From Pseudomonadota bacterium (GTDB lineage: Bacteria; Desulfobacterota; Desulfobacteria; Desulfobacterales; UBA2156), in NCBI GenBank assembly GCA_043806755.1, contig JAZDGS010000051.1, positions 4,546 to 68,545 on the forward strand: a DNA stretch of 64,000 bases, given 5' to 3'. The notes below the pieces were generated by a model. That model did not search any database. It was not told the DNA's origin and saw nothing but the letters and a program-made list of their open reading frames with translations. Positions 50,786 to 59,848 of the stretch are shown one piece after another. The position numbers and the translations under genes were made by a program. How positions within the stretch are numbered: the first letter of the stretch is position 1; every line of letters begins with the position of its first letter.

Positions 50786-53434
50786 ATGGTTAAACCACTA
50801 AAAACCGTTTTTCACGACCGACATATCGCCATCGGCGCCAATATGGTGGAATTCGGCGGATGGCACATGCCTTTGCACTATCGCTTAGGAATTCTTCAGG
50901 AGCACCTAGCAACCCGAAAAGGAGCCGGCCTTTTCGATGTCTCCCACATGGGACGGTTTACCATTTCCGGGAAAAACGCCCTTCCGTTTCTGCAGTATTT
51001 GTTAACCAACAGTGCCGCTGCACTTGAAGTGGAGGAAAGCCATTATACCATCATTCCCAACGAAACCGGCGGCGCCATCGATGACGCCTACCTGTATCGA
51101 TTCAAGGAGGACGAGTACCTGCTCGTCGTCAATGCGGCCAATTCGGAAAAGGACCGGGTCCATTTTAAGAGCATTCTGAAACGATTTCGGGACGTCGAAC
51201 TTTCGGATCAAACATCTGAAATCGCCATGCTGAGCCTTCAGGGCCCAAAGACAAAGGAGACCCTTCTTAAGGCTATTGATTCGGGACGGTTGCCTGAACC
51301 GTTACGCAATGCGCTCTCGGTTGCAACCATTTCCGGATCAGCCGTTCAAATCGGAAGGACCGGATACACCGGAGAACCACTCTGTTTCGAGCTTTTTATT
51401 AAGAGAGCGGATGCGCTCCCGGTCTGGGACCTCCTCGTTTCCCTAGGGGCCCAGCCCATCGGGTTGGGCGCTAGAGACACCCTCCGGCTGGAAGCCGCCC
51501 TCCCCCTCTATGGACACGAATTCGGCCTGGATCCAGAAGGAAAAGAGATCCCTATTTTTTCCTGTCCGCTTTCCAGGTTCGCCGTCAGTTTTTCGCCGTT
51601 GAAAGGAGAGTTCATCGGCCGGACTCCACTTTTACGGCAGTTCGAAACACTCAAAAGGATCGCCTTTCAGGATTTTTCGGATATGAAAGAGCTTCCCCGC
51701 CGGATCATGGCCGTGGCCGCAATCGAAAAAGGGGTCCCCCGGCAGGGGTACCGGGTCTTTTGCAGGGGCGCCCATGTGGGATACGTCACCAGTGGCACCA
51801 TGACTCCGTATTGGAAAGTCGAAGGAGAAGGGATTGGATCCCGCCTCACGGATCAATCCGAGCTGAGAGGGATCTGCCTGGCATTCATCGACAGCCGTCT
51901 TAGAGAAGGAGACGAACTTGAAATCAAAATCCGGGAAAAGCCGATAAAGGCCGTCGTCGTCCCGTATCACCTGAGAAGTGAAGCGCCCCCCTTTGCCCGC
52001 CCGATCCCCTGGAACCGGATCCACCAGGAAAAGCAACCCGCCGGGAATACCGCTCAGGTCAAAAAAATCAGGGATCTGTTGACCAGATCCATCGAAAATA
52101 CCCGGTGGCGTCAGGAGGAATGCATCAACCTGATCCCTTCGGAACAGACCCCCTCTCCGCTTGTCAAGCTCCTCTCCATTTCCGATCCGGCCGGCAGATA
52201 TGCCGAACATAAGCCGGTCCGGGCTTTTTCGGAAGCAGAGGTTTTTTATTATCAGGGAACCGATTTTATTTCTGAAGTGGAGAACCTGCTAAAAGAAGAG
52301 CTGCGCCGGTATCTGGGATGCACCGAGGTTGAAACCCGATTGGTATCCGGACAGATGGCCAATGCCACGACTTTCAGCGCCATGGTGGATTATCTCAACC
52401 GGGCGGATCGAAAAAACGAACAGCGCCGAATCCGAAAGGTATTGAACAACCACATCATCAAGGGTGGGCACTTGAGCGCCCAGCCGATGGGCGCCCTTCG
52501 GGATTTTGTCATGCGAGACCCGAAAATGGAAAAACCGGCGGTGGTCAACTTTCCGGTCCTCCCTGATGATCCGTTTAAAATCGACGTGGCCGCCTGCCGG
52601 GATGTGATTGCCGAACACCGCCCGGAATTCATTATTTTCGGCAAGAGTATGACCCTTTACAAGGAACCGGTGGCCGAGATCCGGGCCACCGTCGATGATC
52701 TGTCCCTTGATTGCGTGATCATGTTCGACATGGCCCATGTCCTGGGCCTGGCGGGACCTTTGTTCCAGGAACCGTTCAAGGAGGGTGCGGACCTTGTCAC
52801 CGGTTCAACCCATAAAACCTATTTCGGTACCCAGCGAGGGATTGTCGCGTCCGATTACACGCTCGAAGATCCGCGTTACGAACTTTGGGAAGCGATCCTG
52901 CGCCGGTCGTTTCCGGGGAGCACCAGCAATCACCATCTCGGAACGCTGGTCGGGCTGTTGATGGCCGCTTATGAAATGAATGCCTTTAAAGATTCATATC
53001 AGAAACAGGTCCTTGCAAATGCGAAAGCCTTTGCAAAAGCCCTTAAGGATTGCGGGCTCGATGTGGCCGGAGATCCGGAGATCTCGTTCACGCAGACCCA
53101 TCAGGTCATCCTGAATGTCGGATATGCAAAGGGGCCTGAATTCGCCAGGCGGCTTGAGGAGAACAACCTCATCGTCAACTATCAGGCCGCCCCTCTGGAA
53201 GAAGGCTTTACCGCCGCCGGATCGCTCCGGATGGGGGTTCAGGAGATGACCCGGTTCGGGATGAAAGAAAAACATTTTCAGCAACTGGCCCAAATGACGG
53301 CCGATTGCGTGCTGAGCAACCACTCGATTAAAACCGAGATCGTCAACTTCCGAAAACATTTCCTTAAGATGCATTATTCCTTTTCGATGGATGAATTCAA
53401 AGACCTGCTTATTGAATTGCACAAACGGATCTGA
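50786..53434 (+). CDS. Fusion protein: GcvT-type aminomethyltransferase (N) plus divergent serine hydroxymethyltransferase-like PLP domain (C)
   Basis: 882-aa uninterrupted ORF. The N-terminal ~400 aa (..FHDRHIAIGANMVEFGGWHMPLHY..LFDVSHMGRF..GYTGE..GLGARDTLRLEA..) are GcvT-like. The C-terminal ~450 aa (..INLIPSEQTPSP...MFDMAHVLGL...GSTHKTYFGTQRG..) are SHMT-like, with the THK PLP-lysine motif. AAGGAG RBS upstream. Confidence 0.85.
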   Translation: MVKPLKTVFHDRHIAIGANMVEFGGWHMPLHYRLGILQEHLATRKGAGLFDVSHMGRFTISGKNALPFLQYLLTNSAAALEVEESHYTIIPNETGGAIDDAYLYRFKEDEYLLVVNAANSEKDRVHFKSILKRFRDVELSDQTSEIAMLSLQGPKTKETLLKAIDSGRLPEPLRNALSVATISGSAVQIGRTGYTGEPLCFELFIKRADALPVWDLLVSLGAQPIGLGARDTLRLEAALPLYGHEFGLDPEGKEIPIFSCPLSRFAVSFSPLKGEFIGRTPLLRQFETLKRIAFQDFSDMKELPRRIMAVAAIEKGVPRQGYRVFCRGAHVGYVTSGTMTPYWKVEGEGIGSRLTDQSELRGICLAFIDSRLREGDELEIKIREKPIKAVVVPYHLRSEAPPFARPIPWNRIHQEKQPAGNTAQVKKIRDLLTRSIENTRWRQEECINLIPSEQTPSPLVKLLSISDPAGRYAEHKPVRAFSEAEVFYYQGTDFISEVENLLKEELRRYLGCTEVETRLVSGQMANATTFSAMVDYLNRADRKNEQRRIRKVLNNHIIKGGHLSAQPMGALRDFVMRDPKMEKPAVVNFPVLPDDPFKIDVAACRDVIAEHRPEFIIFGKSMTLYKEPVAEIRATVDDLSLDCVIMFDMAHVLGLAGPLFQEPFKEGADLVTGSTHKTYFGTQRGIVASDYTLEDPRYELWEAILRRSFPGSTSNHHLGTLVGLLMAAYEMNAFKDSYQKQVLANAKAFAKALKDCGLDVAGDPEISFTQTHQVILNVGYAKGPEFARRLEENNLIVNYQAAPLEEGFTAAGSLRMGVQEMTRFGMKEKHFQQLAQMTADCVLSNHSIKTEIVNFRKHFLKMHYSFSMDEFKDLLIELHKRI

Positions 53435-54474
53435 TGATCATAGACGCAAACCGTTTCAAAACATTGAAAAAACAAACGACCCTCATCATTATCGGCATTT
53501 TCTTCATCTTGATATCTGCGAGTGTTCTCTTGCTGGATATCCTTCTTTACGCCAAAAGTCCTACCGGAACAGATATCGAACCCAAAACGATCATCATTCA
53601 CCCGGGAGAGCGCTTTGGCGGGTTGGTCCAACACCTTTACAAGGAAGGGATTATTTCGAGCCGCTTCAAATTCACTCTGTATGCCCGAATGAACGGTTAT
53701 GTAAAGCAGATCAAGGCGGGCGAATATTCCTTCTATCCCACCATGTCTCCCGAACAGCTCATCGATGTCATGATTTCCGGCAAGGTGGTTCTCCATCGGA
53801 TAACGATTCCGGAAGGATTCACTTCCAGACAGGTTGCCGAGGTTTTATCGAAAGCCGGTCTGGCTCCCGTAAGTGAATTCATGGAAGCGATTATGGACTC
53901 TGAATTTGCCAGTGAAAACGGGATTGATGCGAGTTCCCTGGAGGGATATCTTTTTCCGGATACCTATCACTTTTCCAAAATGACCCCCACCCGGAAAATC
54001 ATTACCACCATGACGAACCGGCTCCAGTCGATACTAAAACCGGCATGGAGCAAAGAAGCCGACCGGATGAAATTTTCGATCCATCAGATCATTACGCTGG
54101 CCTCGATTATCGAGAAAGAAACCTCCATCGATTCCGAGAGACCCGTCATCGCATCGGTCTTTCATAATCGCCTTAAAAAAAAGATGAAGCTCGAAAGCGA
54201 TCCAACGGTCATTTACGGAATTCGGGGATTTGACGGAAACATTAAAAAAAGACATCTTTCCGAACCGACCCCGTACAACACCTATCAGATCCATGGGCTT
54301 CCGCCGGGTCCCATTGCCAATCCAGGCGCCAGATCCATCGAAGCGGCGCTGTTTCCCGCTAAAACAGGGTTCCTCTATTTTGTTTCTAAAAATGACGGCA
54401 CCCATGAGTTTTCAGAAGACTTTAGCACCCATAAGCTCGCCGTTAAAAAATACCAAATGGGAAAGAAGGGTTGA
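53434..54474 (+). CDS. mltG: Endolytic murein transglycosylase MltG (YceG-like)
   Basis: 346 aa with an N-terminal TM helix, ..IPEGFTSRQVAEVL.., ..LEGYLFPDTY.., ..ASIIEKE.., ..YNTY...GLPPGPIANPG... The start overlaps the upstream stop (TGATG). Confidence 0.85.
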   Translation: MIIDANRFKTLKKQTTLIIIGIFFILISASVLLLDILLYAKSPTGTDIEPKTIIIHPGERFGGLVQHLYKEGIISSRFKFTLYARMNGYVKQIKAGEYSFYPTMSPEQLIDVMISGKVVLHRITIPEGFTSRQVAEVLSKAGLAPVSEFMEAIMDSEFASENGIDASSLEGYLFPDTYHFSKMTPTRKIITTMTNRLQSILKPAWSKEADRMKFSIHQIITLASIIEKETSIDSERPVIASVFHNRLKKKMKLESDPTVIYGIRGFDGNIKKRHLSEPTPYNTYQIHGLPPGPIANPGARSIEAALFPAKTGFLYFVSKNDGTHEFSEDFSTHKLAVKKYQMGKKG

Positions 54475-55499
54475 TGAATTCATGGACCTTATCGGATGAA
54501 ATACTGGCCGGTCAGCGGCTCATGGTCGGCTTTGACGGGACCGGCCTTGATCCGGATTTAAGGTATCTGATTCAAACCGTTCACGTGGGCGGAATCATCC
54601 TTTTTTCGAAAAATATTCGGACCCCAAAACAGATAAAAGAGCTGTGCGGAGACGCTCAACACTTCGCTAAGTCCTGCCGACAACCCCCTCTCTTTATTGC
54701 CGTCGATCAGGAGGGGGGAGAGGTCGCCAGGCTAAAGGCGCCATTTTCGGTTTTTCCCGGAAACTGTGCCATGAAGAACGAAATGGATGCGATCCGTTTC
54801 GCAGAAGTGACGGCTTCCGAACTCAAAGATGTCGGCCTGAATATGAATATGGCTCCGGTCCTGGATGTGATCCCCGTCGGCATGAACGGCATTATGGCCA
54901 AACGCTCTTTCGGAAGCAACCCGCAACGGGTATCGAAAATGGGCGCCCTGATCATCGATCACTTCCAAAAAAACCGGATCATGGCGGTTGCCAAGCATTT
55001 CCCGGGAATGGGCCGTGCCGTGGCCGATCCCCACAAAGAAATTTCAAGCCTCGATATGGATCCGGAAGAAATGGATCAAACCGATCTTTTCCCTTTCAGA
55101 ATCGCCGTATCCCATAGCGTTGCCGGTGTGATGCTTTCCCACCTGCTCTACCGGAAAGCAGACCCCGATTGGCCGGCAAGCCTTTCCGTCGCCATCGCAC
55201 ATGACCTTCTTCAGCGTAAAATGAAGTATAAGGGGATCGTTCTGACGGATGATTTGGATATGGGAGCCATCGAAAAACACTTTGATTTGGACCTGATCGT
55301 GGACCGGTTGATTGACGCGGAAATCGATATCGCCTTGATCTGCCACCGGAGCGATAAAATCGAACACGCCTTCGAAGGATTCCTCAGACGGTTTGGGTAT
55401 TCGGCGGAAATTCGGCAGAAAGGAATTTCATCGGCTCAAAAAATACTAAACCTGAAAGCCGATTTTCTGGAAAATGGGGCAGGCCCCGCTACTTTTTGA
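54471..55499 (+). CDS. nagZ: Beta-N-acetylhexosaminidase NagZ (GH3)
   Basis: 342 aa, ..VGGIILF..N.., ..IAVDQEGG.V.RL.., ..KHFPGMG.. and ..VLTDDLDMGAI... ATGA overlap with mltG. Confidence 0.85.
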   Translation: MMNSWTLSDEILAGQRLMVGFDGTGLDPDLRYLIQTVHVGGIILFSKNIRTPKQIKELCGDAQHFAKSCRQPPLFIAVDQEGGEVARLKAPFSVFPGNCAMKNEMDAIRFAEVTASELKDVGLNMNMAPVLDVIPVGMNGIMAKRSFGSNPQRVSKMGALIIDHFQKNRIMAVAKHFPGMGRAVADPHKEISSLDMDPEEMDQTDLFPFRIAVSHSVAGVMLSHLLYRKADPDWPASLSVAIAHDLLQRKMKYKGIVLTDDLDMGAIEKHFDLDLIVDRLIDAEIDIALICHRSDKIEHAFEGFLRRFGYSAEIRQKGISSAQKILNLKADFLENGAGPATF

Positions 55500-56477
55500 G
55501 TAGACATCGTCGGTTAATCGGGATGCCTCCCCCCGCTGCAGGCGATGGTACCCTACATAAGCGATCATCGCCGCGTTGTCTCCGCACAGATCCAGAGGCG
55601 GGATGCAGACGGTCATCTTATTTTTTTTTGCCGCTGCCGCCACCGCTTCACGCAGCCGGCGGTTTCCGGCCACACCTCCGACCAGAGCAAGATGACGGCA
55701 CCCTTTCGCCTTTGCCGCCCGGATCAGCTTGGCCGTCAACACCTCCACCACAGACTCCTGAAATCCGGCGGCGATATGGGCCGTCTCTTCCGCGTATCCC
55801 GGATGGGTCCGGATATATCGGTTGACCGCTGTTTTGACGCCGCTGAAGCTGAAATCAAACCGGGATTCGTCCATAAACGCTTTCGGGAAGGGAATTCGAC
55901 CCGGATCCCCGTTTTCAGACAATCGATCGATCGCCGGGCCGCCAGGATATCCCAGCTTCAGCATCTTAGCCACCTTGTCGAATGCTTCTCCGGCGGCATC
56001 GTCCCGCGTTCTTCCCATGATTTCGTATTGCAGGCGGGCCGTAACGTGATAAATGCCGGTGTGCCCTCCGGAAGCGAGAAGGACGACAAACGGAAAAGAG
56101 GGAGGGTCTCCTGAAAGGAAAATGCTGTGGATATGCCCCTCCAAATGGTCGACTCCCACCCAGGGGACATTGAGGACATAGGCGATCGATTTTGCAAAAG
56201 AAAATCCCACTAGAAGCGAACCGACCAAACCGGGCCCCCGGGTTACGGCCACCCCTTCGATATCCTTTAACCCGATCCCGGCCTTATGAACAGCCTCTTT
56301 CATCACACCGCCGATGGTTTCGATATGCTTTCTTGAGGCGAGCTCCGGGACGACCCCCCCAAAAGGGTGGTGAACGGCAACCTGGGATGCCACCACCGAA
56401 GATAAAATGGTTGATCCATCCTTCAACACAGCCACAGCCGTCTCATCGCAGGACGTTTCAATCCCTAAAACGATCAC
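55446..56477 (-). CDS. tsaD: tRNA N6-adenosine threonylcarbamoyltransferase TsaD
   Basis: 343 aa, MIVLGIETSCDETAVAV.., ..HH.GH.., ..LVGGVAGN... Confidence 0.95.
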   Translation of the reverse strand: MIVLGIETSCDETAVAVLKDGSTILSSVVASQVAVHHPFGGVVPELASRKHIETIGGVMKEAVHKAGIGLKDIEGVAVTRGPGLVGSLLVGFSFAKSIAYVLNVPWVGVDHLEGHIHSIFLSGDPPSFPFVVLLASGGHTGIYHVTARLQYEIMGRTRDDAAGEAFDKVAKMLKLGYPGGPAIDRLSENGDPGRIPFPKAFMDESRFDFSFSGVKTAVNRYIRTHPGYAEETAHIAAGFQESVVEVLTAKLIRAAKAKGCRHLALVGGVAGNRRLREAVAAAAKKNKMTVCIPPLDLCGDNAAMIAYVGYHRLQRGEASRLTDDVYSKSSGACPIFQKIGFQV

Positions 56478-56529
56478 CGATCTCCTTACTAAACCGGCTT
56501 CTCATCCATTTCCATGCACGATTCAGGTA

Positions 56530-58359
56530 TCAAATGCCGAGATCCACATCATCGATGCAAACGGAGAAACGCCTTAAAAAAAGCCCCTGTGATTTGCAGA
56601 AACGCTTCACTTCTTCGATTCGGGTCGCTTCCGAATTGGTAAACGAGACCAGCAACCCGTTGACCGGGTGTTTTTGAATAACCTTTTCCACATCCCCGAA
56701 AGATCCTAGAATGGGGTATCCCTGCAATTTCTTCCCGAGTTTTAACGGATCGTCGTCGATAAAACCGACCGGCTTAACCCTCAGCTTTTGGTTGTTTAAA
56801 ATCTCCCGCAACAGGATCTCCCCTCCCCGTCCCGCACCATAAATCAGGATCGAATCGCCGGAGAGCGTTTTCCGTTTCATGGTGTCTCTAAAAAAACGGA
56901 AGGATCCGCGGGTCCCCAGGAGCAATCCGGTCATCAGAAACCAATCGATCACGAAAATCCCTTTTGAAAAGTCCTCGAACCGATAGATGAACGTGACCAC
57001 GGCAATGGATAAAAGGGTGGCCATCCCCGATGCCCTGAGGTAAACCAGGACATCGCTTGAGCTCATGTAACGCCAGATCCCCCGGTAGATGCCCAGGGTG
57101 AAAAAGGATAAAAACTTGCAGGCAATAACCGCAGGGAGAGATCTTAAAAAGACTTTAAAATAAACCGGAAAGGAATCGGCATCAAACCGGAGACGATAGG
57201 AAAGATAATAGGAAAAAGCGATGAGTCCGAAGTCCATGGCCACCAGCATGATCTGGCGCTTGAAGGTGAGTTCAACAAGGATGGGCGTATATGGTCGATC
57301 CCGAAGCAGAGAGAATTCCTTCTCCGGATAAACCCTTATTTGGGCCAAATAAATTCCCATCAACAGGATCGAGAGGGCGACCGGGATGATCACCACCGGT
57401 GAGGTCAGGGTGTCGCTTCTGAAGACAAATATCGCCGACACTCCTGAAACCGCCCCGATTCCATATAGAAACAGAACCGCTCCCCGTTCGGAAAGCCCCA
57501 TTAACACCAGCCGGTGGGATGTGTGGTCTCTCCCTCCGATCGACGCCTTGCGTCCGCTCAGAATGCGGATCATCGTTACCAAAGTGGTGTCCAAAATGGG
57601 GACCATGAGGATCATGACAGGGACCGCATAAAGGGAGATCGGATTCCCGTTTTCTGCCCCGGTGGCAAGGAGTGTGAGCATGGAAAGAGCAAAGCCGATC
57701 ATCAGGCTTCCGCTGTCTCCCATGAAAATGGATGCCGGATTGAAATTGTAAATTAAAAATGCGGCAAGAGCGCCGGCGAAGATGAGGGCCATCTGTGTGA
57801 ACTGGGGTGATTTCTGATAAAACAGAAAGGAAAGCAACACGGCCGCCACCAGACCCACTCCGGCACACAACCCATCCATGTTATCCAACAAATTAAAGGC
57901 GTTGGTAATCCCCACGATCCACACGATGGTGACCATGGTATCCAATGTCATGGAGGTAAACCAGTGCAACCGAAAGCCTAAAAATGCAATGAACGAGGCC
58001 AACATGAACTGCCCGATCAACTTGGTATGGGGTTTGATGCGGAAAAAATCGTCCGCAAGACCCAGCAAAAAAAGAGCCGTCATCCCGATCCAGATCACCG
58101 CCTCCGGCTGCGGGAGCAGTTTATGAAATGAAGATCGATCCAGATGCGAAAAAACGGTGGAAAAATCGGAAAGGTAAAAAAGCGGAACAGCGATGGCCGC
58201 ATAGATGGCTACACCGCCGAACAGCGCGGTCGGTTTTTTATGCCAGCGTTCCTGGGAAGGGTGGGCCATTAACCCATTCCGAACGGCAATATGCCGGGCA
58301 ATGGGGGTCAGAACTAGGCATAACAAAAAAGATAGGGCGAAAAGTGCGTACACCATCAT
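56530..58359 (-). CDS. MraY/WecA-family (GT4) polyprenyl-phosphate sugar-1-phosphate transferase fused to extra TM helices and a C-terminal Rossmann/CoA-binding-like domain
   Basis: 609 aa. The N-terminal ~330 aa carry ..DDFFRIKP.., ..NAFNLLDNMDGL.., ..FMGDSGSL.. The C-terminus ..ILIYGAGRGGEILLREIL...VGFIDDDPLKLGK.. resembles the nucleotide-binding module found in WbaP/CapD-type proteins. Confidence 0.8.
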   Translation of the reverse strand: MMVYALFALSFLLCLVLTPIARHIAVRNGLMAHPSQERWHKKPTALFGGVAIYAAIAVPLFYLSDFSTVFSHLDRSSFHKLLPQPEAVIWIGMTALFLLGLADDFFRIKPHTKLIGQFMLASFIAFLGFRLHWFTSMTLDTMVTIVWIVGITNAFNLLDNMDGLCAGVGLVAAVLLSFLFYQKSPQFTQMALIFAGALAAFLIYNFNPASIFMGDSGSLMIGFALSMLTLLATGAENGNPISLYAVPVMILMVPILDTTLVTMIRILSGRKASIGGRDHTSHRLVLMGLSERGAVLFLYGIGAVSGVSAIFVFRSDTLTSPVVIIPVALSILLMGIYLAQIRVYPEKEFSLLRDRPYTPILVELTFKRQIMLVAMDFGLIAFSYYLSYRLRFDADSFPVYFKVFLRSLPAVIACKFLSFFTLGIYRGIWRYMSSSDVLVYLRASGMATLLSIAVVTFIYRFEDFSKGIFVIDWFLMTGLLLGTRGSFRFFRDTMKRKTLSGDSILIYGAGRGGEILLREILNNQKLRVKPVGFIDDDPLKLGKKLQGYPILGSFGDVEKVIQKHPVNGLLVSFTNSEATRIEEVKRFCKSQGLFLRRFSVCIDDVDLGI

Positions 58360-58381
58360 TTCAATCGCCGGAAAAGGCCGG

Positions 58382-58555
58382 TCAGCGGAGGGTCCCCGGG
58401 CGCCGTCGCACCGTACCGGTGCCGCTTCCCTTGGATCCTCAGCCCTGACAAAAGCCTTGTTTAGGCTGACCTTTTTCGAGCCACTTCAGAAATCTTGCAA
58501 ACGGTTTTGATATTTTGTTGTAAAACCGCACGCCTTGTTCTTTGTTATTATCCAT
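58382..58555 (-). CDS. Speculative 57-codon ORF with a CxxU motif (in-frame UGA at codon 39); otherwise a 38-aa peptide
   Basis: ATG 58555, 5 nt after the purM stop. Translation: MDNNKEQGVRFYNKISKPFARFLKWLEKGQPKQGFCQG-UGA(58441-58439)-GSKGSGTGTVRRRPGTLR-TGA. The hairpin GCACCG-GUA-CGGUGC (58422-58408) has its loop 22 nt after the UGA. The sequence after the UGA is low complexity, so confidence is low. Confidence 0.2.
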
Positions 58556-58560
58556 ATTGC

Positions 58561-59604
58561 TTACACCCATTGAACCCGACCCTTGGAGTCATCTCTTTTA
58601 ACGATCTCTCCAATGACAAATCCGTTTTCATTCATGGCATTCAACCGTTCGATGGCATCCCGGACATTTTCCTCCGGTAAAATCGCAACCATGCCGATGC
58701 CGTTGTTGAATGTTCGCATCATTTCCTCATCCGAAACATTCCCTGCTTCTTTTAAAAACTTAAATACCGGAGGGATTTTCCAGCTTCCTTTGTTTATGAG
58801 AATTCCGCACGATTCCGGGATGATCCGCACGATGTTTCCCGTAATGCCGCCGCCGGTGATGTGCGCCAGCCCATGAACCGGATTGTCCTTTGCCAGTCTG
58901 AGAACACTTTTGACGTAAATTTTCGTCGGCGTTAACAGAATGTCGCCGAGAGTCGAACCGAGTTCCGGCACCATATCGTTTACGTTGAGTTTCAACAGAT
59001 CGAAACAGATCTTTCGAACGAGGGAAAAACCGTTGCTGTGAAGCCCGCTGGATGCGATTCCGATTAGGCGGTCTCCGACTTTGATTTCACTTCCGTCGAT
59101 GATTTTCCGGTTGTCCACAATACCCACGGCAAACCCGGCAAGGTCATATTCATTGCGATGATAAAAACCCGGCATTTCCGCCGTTTCCCCGCCGATCAGA
59201 GCGCAGCCGGCTTCCGTGCATCCGTCGACAATCCCCTTGACGATCTGTACGGCCGTATCTGTCTTTAAAGTGCCCATTGCCAGATAATCCAAAAAAAACA
59301 GGGGTTTTGCCCCCTGAACCACGACATCGTTGACGCACATGGCCACCAGATCGATCCCAACGGTATCGTGTTTGTCCGTCATAAAGGCAATTTTTAGTTT
59401 GGTCCCCACCCCATCCGTGGAACTGACCAGAACCGGATTCGATATGTCCTGAAGCTTTAATGAAAAAAGACCCCCGAACCCGCCGATGCCGCCGATCACG
59501 CTGGAGCCGAAGGTGGGCTTTGCGATTTCCTTGATCCGATCCACGAACCGGTCGGCTTTGTTGATGTCAACGCCTGCATCTGCATAGGTCAATGGTTTTA
59601 TCAT
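58561..59604 (-). CDS. purM: Phosphoribosylformylglycinamidine cyclo-ligase (AIR synthetase)
   Basis: I start it at ATG 59604 (MIKPLTYADAGVDINKAD), which has GGAGA upstream. ..GGFGGLF.., ..STDGVGTK... Confidence 0.95.
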   Translation of the reverse strand: MIKPLTYADAGVDINKADRFVDRIKEIAKPTFGSSVIGGIGGFGGLFSLKLQDISNPVLVSSTDGVGTKLKIAFMTDKHDTVGIDLVAMCVNDVVVQGAKPLFFLDYLAMGTLKTDTAVQIVKGIVDGCTEAGCALIGGETAEMPGFYHRNEYDLAGFAVGIVDNRKIIDGSEIKVGDRLIGIASSGLHSNGFSLVRKICFDLLKLNVNDMVPELGSTLGDILLTPTKIYVKSVLRLAKDNPVHGLAHITGGGITGNIVRIIPESCGILINKGSWKIPPVFKFLKEAGNVSDEEMMRTFNNGIGMVAILPEENVRDAIERLNAMNENGFVIGEIVKRDDSKGRVQWV

Positions 59605-59756
59605 TGCGGTCTCCGGGAAGGGTTGTAAACCTGATTCGGTGGTCGTTCGTATCGAAAACGCTAATCCCAATCCGATTAAAAGTCAAAACAATTTTTTTGA
59701 CAATGGAAACACCCTGTTGTAATTAGATTAATTTTATCCGGTGAAGTATCGGACTT

Positions 59757-59798
59757 GATAGCCTCTGGCTATGAGGATGCGTTTCCGCCGGAGGCGGA
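59757..59798. repeat. Pair of REP-like hairpins (A-type and B-type) in the purM / aminotransferase divergent region
   Basis: GATAGCC-TCTG-GCTAT (59757-59772) and TCCGCC-GGA-GGCGGA-CAAG (59784-59802). The 16-nt A unit and the 18-nt B unit recur, each inverted, at 43537-43583. Confidence 0.5.
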
Positions 59799-59848
59799 CA
59801 AGTCGCCGGAATTGAAGGAAATAACTTAACGACGATAAGGACAAGATC

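Noticed and set aside
55446-55499. 54-nt convergent overlap of the nagZ and tsaD 3' ends (also GT2/PilZ at 21 nt and aminotransferase remnant/kinase at 16 nt)
   Set aside because: These are real in the sequence. Short convergent overlaps are common in compact genomes, and I see no extra signal such as a shared hairpin or recoding site.
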